This document shows positions 20,436 to 30,494 of a stretch of DNA of 64,000 nucleotides, one piece after another. Position numbers and translations under genes: made by a program. This DNA is from an uncultured Candidatus Rokubacteria bacterium (GTDB taxonomy: Bacteria > Methylomirabilota > Methylomirabilia > Rokubacteriales > DASRDR01), in assembly GCA_963708025.1 (NCBI GenBank), contig CAVPSB010000032.1, forward strand, positions 288,001 through 352,000, written 5' to 3'. The notes beneath the pieces were generated by a model that saw nothing but the letters and a program-made list of their open reading frames with translations, searched no databases and was not told the origin of the DNA. The stretch's first letter is position 1; every line of letters starts with the position of its first letter.

Positions 20436-21590
20436 GTGCCGGCACCGAGAACCTGGTCCGGATGTCTCGGTAGACCGCCATCTGCGGGGGCGTCGACGGC
20501 GACCGTTCGGCTCGAGCACGCCTGGAAGCGGTACGGCGCCGTCGAGGCGGTGACGGACCTGACCCTGGCCTGCAAGGACGGTGAGTTCGTCGCCCTGCTC
20601 GGGCCCTCGGGCTGTGGAAAGACGTTGACGCTCCGGATGGTGGCCGGGCTGGAGACCGTCTCCGAAGGAGACGTCTTCATCGGCGATCGGCGCGTGAACG
20701 AGCTGCCGCCTCGCGATCGCGACATCGCCATGGTCTTCGAGGACTATGCGCTCTACCCCCACATGCGCGTGTACGACAACATCGCCTTCCCCCTCCAGAT
20801 CCGCGGACTGTCCCGCGCCATCATCGAGGACCGGGTCTCCCGCGCCATGGCGATGCTCGGGCTCCAGACCCTGCGGAACGAGAGCGTGCAGCGCCTGAGC
20901 GGCGGCGCCCAGCAGCGGGTCTCGATCGGCCGCGCGATCGTGCGTGATCCCCGGGTGCTGTTGATGGACGAGCCCATCTCCCACCTCGACAGCGCCCACA
21001 AGATCCAGCTCCGGGGGGAGCTCAAGCGATTGCAGCGGTCGCTCGGCGTGACGACGCTCTACGTCACCCACGACCAGGTGGAAGCGATGGCCCTCGCCGA
21101 CCGGGTCGCCGTGATGAACCTCGGCCGTCTCCAGCAACTCGGGCCACCGCGTCAGCTCTACGAGCATCCAGCCAACCTCTTCGTCGCCGGCTTCATCGGC
21201 GAGCCGCCGATGAACCTCGTCCCCGTCGAGCTGGCGGAGGACGGGCAGCGCCTGCGGGGGGCCGACCTGGACCTCGCGCTGCCGGCGCGATTCCACGGCG
21301 TCCTCCAGAGGACCACCTCGCCACGCCTGGTCCTCGGCATCCGGCCGGCCGACCTCACGGTCGAGCTCTCGCCTACGGCGGGCGGCCGACGGGGCGGCGT
21401 GTACTCCGTGCAGCCGCGGGGGGACTCGGTGGTCGTCGCGGTGCGGACGACGATCGGGCTCTTGCTCGCCGAGACGCCGGCGGGGGCGGGCCTCGCCGTC
21501 GGCGACCTGGTCGGGCTCGGCTTCGCTCCCGACCGCATCCATCTCTTCGACGCCGAGAGCGGCGGCAACGTCCTCGGAGCGGCGGTCTAG
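20436..21590 (+). CDS. CUT1 (MalK-like) ABC transporter ATP-binding protein
   Basis: GPSGCGKT, LSGG, LLMDEP, YVTHDQVEAM, TOBE tail; start uncertain. Confidence 0.9.
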   Translation: MPAPRTWSGCLGRPPSAGASTATVRLEHAWKRYGAVEAVTDLTLACKDGEFVALLGPSGCGKTLTLRMVAGLETVSEGDVFIGDRRVNELPPRDRDIAMVFEDYALYPHMRVYDNIAFPLQIRGLSRAIIEDRVSRAMAMLGLQTLRNESVQRLSGGAQQRVSIGRAIVRDPRVLLMDEPISHLDSAHKIQLRGELKRLQRSLGVTTLYVTHDQVEAMALADRVAVMNLGRLQQLGPPRQLYEHPANLFVAGFIGEPPMNLVPVELAEDGQRLRGADLDLALPARFHGVLQRTTSPRLVLGIRPADLTVELSPTAGGRRGGVYSVQPRGDSVVVAVRTTIGLLLAETPAGAGLAVGDLVGLGFAPDRIHLFDAESGGNVLGAAV

Positions 21591-21595
21591 AGTCC

Positions 21596-22705
21596 ATGCG
21601 GTCGGTCGTCCTCCATCGGGTCACGAAGCGATACGGCCGGACGGAGGCGGTGAGGAATCTCGATCTCACCTGCCCGGCCGGTGAGGTGACGGTGCTCCTC
21701 GGGCACTCGGGCGCGGGCAAGACCTCGATCCTCCGGGTGGTCGCCGGGCTCGAGACCGTCGAGGTGGGCGAGGTCGTGATCGGGGGCGCGGTCGTCAACG
21801 AGCTGGCGCCGCGCGATCGCCACGTCTCGATGGCCTTCGAGAGCTATGCCCTGCATCCCGAGCTCACCGTGTTCGAGAACATCGCCTTCTCGCTCAGAAT
21901 CGCGCGGGCCGGAGGGCGGCCGGGGCCGGGCGAGCTCGATCGCCGGGTGCGGGAGGTCGCCGAGCTCCTCGAGATCACGCCGCTGCTCACCCGCCGCCCG
22001 CGCGAGCTCTCCGGCGGACAGCGCCAGCGGGTCGCGCTCGGCCGAGCCCTCGTCCGGGAAGCCGGCGCGCACCTGCTCGACGAGCCCATCGCGCATCTCG
22101 ACGCAAAGCTCCGGTACCAGCTCCTGGCGACGCTGAAGCACTTCCAGAAGTCACGAGGGATGACGACCCTGTGGACCACGCCCGATCAGCTCGAGGCGAT
22201 GGCGGTGGCTGACCGCCTGGCCGTCCTCCGCGACGGCTCCCTCGAGCAGATCGGCCCGCCCGAGGAGATCTATCGTCGCCCGCGCACCCAGTTCGTCGCT
22301 GCCCTGCTGGGTGACCCTTCGATGAACTTCGTCGCCGCGCGGGTCCGACCCGGCGGCGGCGGCTTCACCCTCGAGGCGGGCGGCGTCGGGCTGCCGGTTG
22401 CCGCCGGGCTCGAAGGTGTCCTGGCCCGCCTCGGCGGCGAGGGGGCGGTCCGTCTCGGCGTCCGCCCGAGCGACATCGACCTGAGGCCGGCGCAGATGGG
22501 CAGCGCCGGGCTAGCCGCCGAGGTGCTGCTCTACGAGCCGTTCGGACGGTACGGCGTGACCACGGTGCGCGCGTTCGGTGCCGACTTGAAGGTGAAGACA
22601 CCGGGTGCGGCGGAGTACCTGCCGGGGACGGGGGTGTCGCTGGTCCTCGATCCTGCGCGGTACTGCTTCTTCCATCCCGAGACGGGCGAGGCGCTCGGGC
22701 CCTGA
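21596..22705 (+). CDS. CUT1 (MalK-like) ABC transporter ATP-binding protein, second subunit
   Basis: GHSGAGKT, LSGGQRQR, LLDEP; H-loop degenerate (TTPDQ). Confidence 0.9.
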   Translation: MRSVVLHRVTKRYGRTEAVRNLDLTCPAGEVTVLLGHSGAGKTSILRVVAGLETVEVGEVVIGGAVVNELAPRDRHVSMAFESYALHPELTVFENIAFSLRIARAGGRPGPGELDRRVREVAELLEITPLLTRRPRELSGGQRQRVALGRALVREAGAHLLDEPIAHLDAKLRYQLLATLKHFQKSRGMTTLWTTPDQLEAMAVADRLAVLRDGSLEQIGPPEEIYRRPRTQFVAALLGDPSMNFVAARVRPGGGGFTLEAGGVGLPVAAGLEGVLARLGGEGAVRLGVRPSDIDLRPAQMGSAGLAAEVLLYEPFGRYGVTTVRAFGADLKVKTPGAAEYLPGTGVSLVLDPARYCFFHPETGEALGP

Positions 22706-22749
22706 GCGCCCCGCCCAGAACAGTCCTGACCCGGACAAGGAGGACGGAC

Positions 22750-24192
22750 ATGTACCGTATGAGACGGTTGGCGGAATCCGTGCGCCGCGGGTGGCTCGGC
22801 AGCCTGGCGCTCGCGACGCTCGTGCTCCTCGGGGCCCGACCCGCCGGGAGCTGGACGCTGGAGGAGGCGGCCCGGCCCTACAAGGGCACGACCGTCCGGG
22901 TCGGGGTCGCGGTCGTTCCCGTGATGGATGGGCTCCTGGCGCTGGTCGAGAAGGAGTTCGTGGCGCGGACCGGGATCGACGTCAAGATCGAGAAGTTCAC
23001 GCATGACCAGTGGGATCCGAAGGGCGACGCGGACCTCTACTCGAAGACGGGCTACTTCGACATCCTCCAGATGCACTCGAACCGGTCGGAGGACTGGGCG
23101 ACGAACGGGCACGTCCGGCCGATCAACGAGTACATGGACAATGCGAAGCTGCGCGACCCCGCCCTGGACCCCGGGGACTTCTTCCAGCCCCTCTGGGACG
23201 ACATCTGCCTCTTCGAGGGCGGCAAGCGGATGTGCTTCCTGAACTACAACTTCCAGTTCATCTACTGGTTCCGCAAGGACCTGATCAACCACCCGGAAGA
23301 GCGTGCCAATTTCAAGAAGCGTTACGGCTATGACCTCGGTCCGGCCAAGACGTACACGCAGTACCGAGACATCGCCGAGTTCTTCACGCGCAAGAAAGGC
23401 GAGCGACTGGCCGGGAAGGCGCTCGACGACAACTTCTACGGCACCGGCCTCGTGGGCAAGCGCGAGCCCTCGTTCTCGTGGGAGTGGCACGTCGTCCTCT
23501 CCGGGTGGGGTGGGTCCCTTTTCGACAAGGAGGGTCGGCCGACCTACAACTCCAAGGAGAACATCGAGGCCACCAAGTGGTGGTTCGACCTCCGGAAGTT
23601 CGCGCCGCCCGGCGTGACCGAGGCAGGGTTCGTCGACCTCTTCGTGCTGATGACGAAGGGCAACGTGGCGCAGGCGTTCCAGTGGATCGACTTCGCCTTC
23701 GCCATCGATGAGCCCAAGATCTCCAAGGCGGTCGGGGTCTACAGCTACGACGTCCTGCCCGTCCGCGAGAAGGGCATCACGCCGGGCGGGTGGGGGGAGC
23801 CCGAGCCCCTGGTCATCAGCAAGTACAGCAAGAACCCCGAAGCCGCCTACCTCCTCATCCAGTGGATGTCCTCGAAGGACGTCCAGCGGAAGTGGATCGA
23901 GGGGCCGGGAAGCGGCCTGCCGCTCCGGAAGTCGTCGATGAACCTGCCGTTCGCCAAGAAACACCCGGCCTTCGCCCCCGCCGTCTCCTCCATGAAGCGG
24001 GGCTGGTTCGACCCCGGCTTCTCCAACTACATCCAGATCCGCGAGGAAGTGGCGATCCAGCTCACCCAGGCGGCGGCCGGCCAGCAGACCGTCGAGCAGG
24101 CGCTCGGCAAGGTCCAGGAGCTGGCGCTGAAGATCCACGCCACGGGCCCGATCAACCCTGGGCGGGCCCAGAAGAACCACTTCGCGAGGTAG
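22750..24192 (+). CDS. ABC transporter extracellular solute-binding protein (family 1)
   Basis: Signal peptide, FRKDL, KYSKNPEAAYLLIQW; located within the CUT1 operon. Confidence 0.9.
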   Translation: MYRMRRLAESVRRGWLGSLALATLVLLGARPAGSWTLEEAARPYKGTTVRVGVAVVPVMDGLLALVEKEFVARTGIDVKIEKFTHDQWDPKGDADLYSKTGYFDILQMHSNRSEDWATNGHVRPINEYMDNAKLRDPALDPGDFFQPLWDDICLFEGGKRMCFLNYNFQFIYWFRKDLINHPEERANFKKRYGYDLGPAKTYTQYRDIAEFFTRKKGERLAGKALDDNFYGTGLVGKREPSFSWEWHVVLSGWGGSLFDKEGRPTYNSKENIEATKWWFDLRKFAPPGVTEAGFVDLFVLMTKGNVAQAFQWIDFAFAIDEPKISKAVGVYSYDVLPVREKGITPGGWGEPEPLVISKYSKNPEAAYLLIQWMSSKDVQRKWIEGPGSGLPLRKSSMNLPFAKKHPAFAPAVSSMKRGWFDPGFSNYIQIREEVAIQLTQAAAGQQTVEQALGKVQELALKIHATGPINPGRAQKNHFAR

Positions 24193-24199
24193 GCCCGTC

Positions 24200-25150
24200 C
24201 TGAGCAAGGTCCACGCGCACGGCGAGAGGCGGGGTACCGGCCCCCCCGTCTCTCGCCCCTTCCTGACGCGCGCGCGCCGGGACGCCTACCCTTACCTCCT
24301 GCTGGCGCCGAGCCTGCTGGCCCTCGTCCTCGTCGGGATGTACCCGTTCCTCTACATGATCGTGCTGAGCTTCCGAAAGCTCGATTTCCGGCGTTCGAGC
24401 ACGGCGGGCCCGTTCATCGGCTTCGACAACTACCGGGCGCTGTTCGGGGAGCCCGTCTTCTGGTCCTCGCTCGAGACCACGGCGCTCATCGTCCTCACCT
24501 CGGTCCCCCTCGAGCTGGCGCTGGGCTTCGCCGCCGCCTACCTCTTCAATCGGCAGTTCCCGCTCAAGCGTCTGGCGGTGACGGTGACCGTGATCCCGAC
24601 CATCCTCGCCCCCGTCGCCATCGCCGTCATGTGGAAGATCATGCTGGCGACCCCGTGGGGATTCTTGACCTACAACGTCTTCTACAAGCTGGGGCTCTTC
24701 ACCGACACGTCGATCTTTGGAACAGCCGGATGGGCCCTGGTCGCCATCATCGGGATCGACGTCTGGCAGTGGACCCCGTTCATGTTCCTCGTCCTCCTGG
24801 CCGGGCTCGGCGCCCTGCCTCAGAAGCCCTACGAGGCGGCCGCGGTCGACGGCGCCTCGCCCTGGCAGGTGTTCTCGCGCATCACGCTCCCCATGCTGCG
24901 GCCGTTCCTCCTCGTGATGCTCTTCATCCGGCTCATCGACGCCTTCAAGATCTTCGACACCGTCTTCATCCTGACCAAGGGCGGACCGGGCGTGGCCACC
25001 GAGGTCCTCTCCGTGTTCGCCTACCGCTACAATTTCGAGTACTGGAAGCTCGGGGAGACGTCCGCCCTCGCCATCGTGATCTTCCTCATGTTCTTCGCCG
25101 TCTTCGGACTGCTGTTCGCGGTGCTCCAGAAGCGCTACCGGGTCTTCTAG
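24200..25150 (+). CDS. CUT1 ABC permease (MalF-like); start upstream of ATG 24338, probably CTG at 24200 or 24263
   Basis: WQWTPF, EAAAVDGASPWQVFSRITLP; frame open upstream through first TM helix YPYLLLAPSLL. Confidence 0.85.
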   Translation: MSKVHAHGERRGTGPPVSRPFLTRARRDAYPYLLLAPSLLALVLVGMYPFLYMIVLSFRKLDFRRSSTAGPFIGFDNYRALFGEPVFWSSLETTALIVLTSVPLELALGFAAAYLFNRQFPLKRLAVTVTVIPTILAPVAIAVMWKIMLATPWGFLTYNVFYKLGLFTDTSIFGTAGWALVAIIGIDVWQWTPFMFLVLLAGLGALPQKPYEAAAVDGASPWQVFSRITLPMLRPFLLVMLFIRLIDAFKIFDTVFILTKGGPGVATEVLSVFAYRYNFEYWKLGETSALAIVIFLMFFAVFGLLFAVLQKRYRVF

Positions 25151-25959
25151 TGCGGCGACTCGTTCTCGGCGTCCTCATCGTGTTCGTCGTCGCGACCTCG
25201 CTCTTCCCCTACCTCTGGATGCTCGTCTCGAGCGTCAAGCCCGAGAACATCATGTACGCCACGCCGCCGGTCTGGATCTTCCGCCCGACCGCCGATCACT
25301 ACTGGAACGCCTTCGTGACCAAGGGGTTCTGGCGGAACTTCCTGAACTCGGCGATCGTCTCGGTCTCGACGACGGCGCTCGTCGTGCTCGTCGGGACCCC
25401 GGCCGCCTACAGCTTCGCCCGCTTCCGGATCCGTCGCAGCGACGACCTCTTCATGTACATCCTCTCCACCCGGATGGCCCCCTCGATCTCGCTCGCCATC
25501 CCGTTCTACCTGATGTTCGCGAGCCTCGACCTCCTCAATACCTACACGGGGCTCGTCTTCGCCCATCTGACCTTCAACCTGTCTTTCTACATCTGGGTCC
25601 TGCGCGGGTTCTTCCGGGACGTCCCCGTCGAGCTGGAGGAGAGCTCGATGGTCAACGGCTACACCCGCTGGCAGGCATTCACGCGGGTGACGCTGCCGCT
25701 GGCGCGCTCCGGGATCATCGCCGCCGCGATCTTCTGCTTCATCTTCTCGTGGAACGAGTTCCTCTTCGCCCTCATCCTGGGCGCCGGGGACGTACGGACG
25801 CTGCCGATCGTCATCCCCTCGCTCATGAACCAGCGCGGGGTGGAGTGGGGCGAGATCGCCGCCATCGCCAGCGTCGTGATCCTGCCGATCCTGCTCCTCG
25901 TCTTCGCCGTCCAGAAGCACATCGTGCGGGGCCTCACGATGGGCGCCGTGAAGGGATAG
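25150..25959 (+). CDS. CUT1 ABC permease (MalG-like)
   Basis: NSAIVS, PVELEESSMVNG, FSWNEFLFA, VQKHIVRGLTMGAVKG; GTG at 25150. Confidence 0.9.
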   Translation: MRRLVLGVLIVFVVATSLFPYLWMLVSSVKPENIMYATPPVWIFRPTADHYWNAFVTKGFWRNFLNSAIVSVSTTALVVLVGTPAAYSFARFRIRRSDDLFMYILSTRMAPSISLAIPFYLMFASLDLLNTYTGLVFAHLTFNLSFYIWVLRGFFRDVPVELEESSMVNGYTRWQAFTRVTLPLARSGIIAAAIFCFIFSWNEFLFALILGAGDVRTLPIVIPSLMNQRGVEWGEIAAIASVVILPILLLVFAVQKHIVRGLTMGAVKG

Positions 25960-25968
25960 GAGACACCG

Positions 25969-26910
25969 ATGGGTGCTCACCACGAGCTCCACGCCTCGTC
26001 GAAGACGGTCCATTGGGGGTTCTTCGACGCCCGGCTGCCACCCGTGCTGCGGGTCGCGTCGGGCGACCGCGTCACCTTCCACTGCCTGACCGCCGAGCCG
26101 GAGGACCTCCCGCCCGACCCCTCCTGGGTGCTCCCCGAGCTGCGCGAGGTGCACGCCGGGTGCGAGCGCGGGCCCGGGCCGCACTTCATGACGGGGCCGG
26201 TGTGGGTGGAGGGGGCGGAGCCGGGTGACGCCCTCGAGGTGCGGATCCTCGACTGCTGGCTGCGGCAGGACTGGGGTTGGAACCTGATCGCCCCGCTTCT
26301 CGGCACGCTGCCCGAAGACTTCCCGCGGCTCCGGCGCCTGCACCTGACGATCGACCGGGAGGCCATGGAGGCCCGGCTGCCGTGGGGGATGCGGGTGCCC
26401 CTCCGGCCGTTCTTCGGCGTCATCGGCGTGGCGCCGCCGCCGGCGTACGGGCGGATCACGTCGGTCGTCCCCCGCGAGCACGGCGGCAACCTCGACAACA
26501 AGGAGCTCGTCCCCGGCGCCACGCTCTACCTTCCGGTGTGGAATCGCGGCGCCCTGCTCTCGGTCGGCGACGGCCACGCCGTCCAGGGCGACGGCGAGGT
26601 GTGTCTCACGGCGGTCGAGGCGACCGTGTCGGGGACCTTCGAACTGGTCGTCCGGAAGGACCTCCGCCTCGCCTTCCCGCGGGCGGAGACCCCGACGCAC
26701 TGGATCACGATGGGGCTCGACCCGGACCTCGACGACGCGGCCAAGCAGGCGTTGCGCGAGATGATCGCGCTCCTGGGAGACCTCGTCGGCCTCGCGCCCG
26801 AGGACGCCTACACCCTCTGCAGCCTCGCCGCCGACCTCCGCGTCACCCAGCTCGTCGACGGCAACAAGGGCATCCACGCCATGCTGCCGAAGTCCGTGCT
26901 GGCGAGGTGA
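25969..26910 (+). CDS. Acetamidase/formamidase family protein
   Basis: HFMTGPVWVEGAEPGD, HGGNLDNKEL, GDGHAVQGDGEV. Confidence 0.92.
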   Translation: MGAHHELHASSKTVHWGFFDARLPPVLRVASGDRVTFHCLTAEPEDLPPDPSWVLPELREVHAGCERGPGPHFMTGPVWVEGAEPGDALEVRILDCWLRQDWGWNLIAPLLGTLPEDFPRLRRLHLTIDREAMEARLPWGMRVPLRPFFGVIGVAPPPAYGRITSVVPREHGGNLDNKELVPGATLYLPVWNRGALLSVGDGHAVQGDGEVCLTAVEATVSGTFELVVRKDLRLAFPRAETPTHWITMGLDPDLDDAAKQALREMIALLGDLVGLAPEDAYTLCSLAADLRVTQLVDGNKGIHAMLPKSVLAR

Positions 26911-26947
26911 TCGGCGCGCGTACGTCCGTCGGCGGCGGATGGCCCGA

Positions 26948-27350
26948 TCACCGCCCGGGCTCGACCGGGAGCCCGCGCTTGACCCACTCGGCGAAGCCGC
27001 CCTCCAGGATCTCGACGTTGTCGTGCCCGCGCTTCTGGAGGAGCCGCTGCGCCTCGACCATCTCGACGAGGATGTCGGCGTATAGCACGACACGCCCGGC
27101 CCGCGGGATCTCGCCGGCCCGCCGGGCGAGATCGCCGAGCGGTACCGAGCGCGCGCCAGGCAGGCAGCCCTTCCGATAAGCCTCGGCCGGGCGAACGTTC
27201 GACCAGGGCGACGACCTCGCGCTGGTCGAGGAGGCGCTTGAGGAGCCGCGGCGAGACCTGGGGGACATCGAGGCCGAACCCGTGGCCGGCGGGGACGGCG
27301 GTGGGCGCGGCGGCGACCAGGACGAGCGCGAGGGCAAACCTCAGGCCGAC
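26948..27350 (-). pseudogene. Exported rhodanese-like domain protein, frameshifted near 27198
   Basis: Signal peptide and N-terminus (..LKRLLDQREVVALV) in one frame; VRPAEAY..G.LPGA..LEGGFAEW..GLPV in another; start not defined. Confidence 0.6.
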
Positions 27351-27400
27351 GACGACACCCCGCAGGCTTCGGGTCCCGCCGGATGCCGGACGGCGGGCGC

Positions 27401-28849
27401 CTACGCCTGGCTCACGATCGGGGGCCAGCGGTCCTTCCACGGACTGGCGGCCTCGAACGCGGCGGACGCCGCGAGCACGAGCGGGTCGTCGAGGTGCCGG
27501 CCGACGATCTGCATGCCCACGGGCAGGCCATCGTCCGTCCAGCCGGCGGGGACCGTCGCGGCGGGCTGCCCCGTCATGTTGATCGGGAACGTGAAGGACA
27601 GCCAGTGATTCGGGCTGACCTTCCGCCCCGCGATCTCCTCCGGCCCCTGGATGCCGACCGGGAAAGGCGGGACGCCGAGCGTGGGGGTGAGCAGGAGGTC
27701 GTATCGGCGCATGAACTTCCACATCGTGTTGTAGAGCCCCTTCCGACCGACGACGGCGTCGGTCAGCTCCTCGGCCGTCCATGGCAGGCGCAGGAACTCG
27801 ACGAGGTGAGGCGACATCCGCTCGCCGAGGCGGTCCGCCAGCGCGCGCATGCCGCGCAGATCCGTGTCGAGCGCCACCAGGCCCCAGAAGATGGGCTCGG
27901 GGTCGGTCCAGCCCGGATGCGCCTCCTCGACGACGCAGCCGAGATCACGCTCGAAGACCCGGACCGCCTGCCCGACGATCTCGCGGACGCGGCGGTCCAC
28001 CGCCGCGTAGCCCCAGTCCGCGCTGTAGGCGACCCGGAGCCCTCGCACGTCCCGCCGGAGCGCCTCCCGCCAGTCGAAGTTCGGCCAGGGCCGGCTGTGC
28101 CGATCGCGGGGGTCGGGACCGGCGATCACCGAGAGCACCAGCGCCGCGTCGGCCACGGTGCGGCTGATGGGACCGATGTGCTCCAGGGACTCCCAGCTCG
28201 AGACGCCGGGATAGCGCTCGTCGCGGCATCCGGGGTAGAGCGGGACGCGACCCATCGAGGCCTTGATGCCGTAGAGGCCGCAGAAGCTCGACGGGATGCG
28301 GATGGAGCCGCCACCATCGCTGGCGATGGCCACCGGTCCCATTCCGGTAGCGACCGCCACCGCCGAGCCGCCGCTCGAGCCGCCGCAGTTCAGCGTCGTG
28401 TTCCAGGGGTTGCGGCTCGTCTCGAACACGGGGTTGATGGTCGTCCCGCTATAGCCGAACTCGGGCACGTTGGTCTTCCCCAGCCCGATCGCCCCCGCCG
28501 CCCGCAGCCGCTCCACCACGACGTCGTCCTCGTCGGGGACGAAGTCGGCGTAGGCGAGCGACCCCGAGACGGTCCGGACGCCGCGGGTGAGGACGAGATC
28601 CTTGATCCCCAGGGGCACACCCGCCATCGGCCCCACGTCCTTCCCGGCCATGATGTCGCGCTCGAGGCGCCGGGCGTCGGCCCGCGCCACGCCCGGGGTC
28701 GGGGTGCAGAAGGCGTGGAGCCGCGGCTCGAGCGTCTGCATGCGATCGAGCACTGCCTCCACCACTTCCACCGGCGAGAGCTTCCGGGCGCGGACGAGTC
28801 CGGCGAGGGCGACGGCGTCGAGCCGGCAGATCTCGTCGTTGTTCGGCAT
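27401..28849 (-). CDS. Amidase signature family protein
   Basis: [38 protein letters not shown] at 28849 with GGGAGG. Confidence 0.93.
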   Translation of the reverse strand: MPNNDEICRLDAVALAGLVRARKLSPVEVVEAVLDRMQTLEPRLHAFCTPTPGVARADARRLERDIMAGKDVGPMAGVPLGIKDLVLTRGVRTVSGSLAYADFVPDEDDVVVERLRAAGAIGLGKTNVPEFGYSGTTINPVFETSRNPWNTTLNCGGSSGGSAVAVATGMGPVAIASDGGGSIRIPSSFCGLYGIKASMGRVPLYPGCRDERYPGVSSWESLEHIGPISRTVADAALVLSVIAGPDPRDRHSRPWPNFDWREALRRDVRGLRVAYSADWGYAAVDRRVREIVGQAVRVFERDLGCVVEEAHPGWTDPEPIFWGLVALDTDLRGMRALADRLGERMSPHLVEFLRLPWTAEELTDAVVGRKGLYNTMWKFMRRYDLLLTPTLGVPPFPVGIQGPEEIAGRKVSPNHWLSFTFPINMTGQPAATVPAGWTDDGLPVGMQIVGRHLDDPLVLAASAAFEAASPWKDRWPPIVSQA

Positions 28850-28879
28850 GGCGGCCTCCCAGCCGGTGGGCGCCGGCGC

Positions 28880-29063
28880 CCGACACCCCCCCAGTTCGGG
28901 ACCTCCCGCCCACCCCCAGCCCCCCTCCCGATTGACCGGATCGATCGGACGGCCTTCGGCCTGGGGGGACGGCTCGGGCCTACGGCCCTCGCGACGTCCC
29001 GTCCCTCCGGCGGGCACTGGGGGGAGGGGGGGGGCCGGACGGCTCCATTCCTTCACACGCTCG
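28880..29063. repeat. Intergenic repeat family C, copy 1 (mosaic with A and B modules)
   Basis: CGGGACCTC.CGCCCACCCCC...CTGGGGG.AGGGGGG...ATTCCTTCACACGCTC is shared with 42422-42512. Confidence 0.75.
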
Positions 29064-29103
29064 CGTGACACCAGGTTCGAGCATGGTCGCCAGAGGCCGC
29101 GGG

Positions 29104-29607
29104 TCAGGCGCGCAGGGCGCGCGCGGCCTCGGCGATCGCCTCCACGATGAAATGATACCCGGTGCAGCGGCAGAGGTTCCCCGCCAGCATCTCGCGGATC
29201 TCGGTCTCGGTCGGCGCGGGGTTCTCGCGCAGGAACGCGTGGGCTGTGAGCAGGATGCCGGGCGTGCAGTAGCCGCACTGGAGGCCGTGCTTTTTCCGGA
29301 AGGCTTCCTGGAGCGGGTGGAGCGGTTCGCCCTCGTCACCACCGGGACCGGCCGCCTCCGCCAGGCCGGCCAGACCTTCAATGGTCGTGACGCTCCGCCC
29401 CTCGACCTGGACGGCCAGCAAGAGGCAGCTGCGCACGGGCTCGCCCTCCAGCAGCACGGTGCAGGCGCCGCACACGCCGTGCTCGCACCCGAGGTGCGTC
29501 CCGGTCAGATCGAGCTGCTCGCGCAGGAAGTCCGCCAGCGACGTCCGGGGCTCGGTCTCCCCGGTGCGCGGCCGCCCGTTCACGGTCACGCGGATCGCGC
29601 GCTTCAC
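29104..29607 (-). CDS. Molybdenum hydroxylase small subunit, 2x[2Fe-2S] (CoxS-like)
   Basis: [29 protein letters not shown]. Confidence 0.95.
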   Translation of the reverse strand: MKRAIRVTVNGRPRTGETEPRTSLADFLREQLDLTGTHLGCEHGVCGACTVLLEGEPVRSCLLLAVQVEGRSVTTIEGLAGLAEAAGPGGDEGEPLHPLQEAFRKKHGLQCGYCTPGILLTAHAFLRENPAPTETEIREMLAGNLCRCTGYHFIVEAIAEAARALRA

Positions 29608-30494
29608 CGCGGCCGCTCCCCGTCCGTCCCGCGTCGCCCCGCGCGCCCGGTGGCGGCGAGGAGGGTGCGCTCCGCCAGCACCGCCGCGACCCGGCGGCGG
29701 TACTCCGGCGTGGCGTGGAGGTCACCGTCCGGTGACAGCGCCGCGGCCGTCGCCCGGGCCGCCTCCCGGATCCGCGCCGCGGTGGGCTCGCGACCGGTCA
29801 GTAGCGCCTCGGCCGCCCCGCCGCGCACCGGGATCCCGCCCACGCCGAAGAGCGCGAGGCGTGCGCCGGCGAGGACGCCGTCGTCTCCGCGCCAGACGAC
29901 GGCCACCGCGCCGACCAGGGCGAAGTCGCCGTGGCGGCGCGCCACCTCGGCGAAGCCCCACCCGGCGCCGGCCGGCGGCAGGTCGAAGCGCACCTCGGTG
30001 ATCAGCTCGTCGGCCGCGAGCGCCGTGGTGAGCGGCCCCCGGAAGAAATCGCCGGCCGGGATCACCCGCTCCCCCGCCGGGCCGCGCGCCACCACCGAGC
30101 CCTCGCTGCAGAGCAGCAGCGCCGGCAGCTCCGCGGCGGGGTCGGCGTGCGCGACGCTCCCCGCCACGGTCCCGCGGTTCCGGATGGCGACGTGGCTCAC
30201 CGAGCGCATGATCTCGGCGACCAGCGGGGCACGCCCGGCGGCCCAGCGCTCGAGCGCCCGCTGGCGGCAGAGCGCGCCGAGGGCGAGCACGCCGTCGGCC
30301 TCGCGCAGCCAGTCCAGCCCGGCCACGCCGTTGATGTCCACGACGACGGCGGGCCGGGCCAGGCGGAGGTTCAGCAGCGGCACCAGGCTCTGGCCGCCGG
30401 CCAGGACCTTCGCCGCCTCCTGGTGCCGGGCCAGCACCTCCACCGTCTCCGCCACGGTCGCCGGCGCCACGTAGTCGAACGGGGCCGGCTTCAC
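29604..30494 (-). CDS. Molybdenum hydroxylase FAD subunit (CoxM-like)
   Basis: KPAPFDY, AGGQSL, IRNRGTVAGS.AHADPAAE, RRHGDFA; GTG at 30494. Confidence 0.93.
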   Translation of the reverse strand: MKPAPFDYVAPATVAETVEVLARHQEAAKVLAGGQSLVPLLNLRLARPAVVVDINGVAGLDWLREADGVLALGALCRQRALERWAAGRAPLVAEIMRSVSHVAIRNRGTVAGSVAHADPAAELPALLLCSEGSVVARGPAGERVIPAGDFFRGPLTTALAADELITEVRFDLPPAGAGWGFAEVARRHGDFALVGAVAVVWRGDDGVLAGARLALFGVGGIPVRGGAAEALLTGREPTAARIREAARATAAALSPDGDLHATPEYRRRVAAVLAERTLLAATGRAGRRGTDGERPR

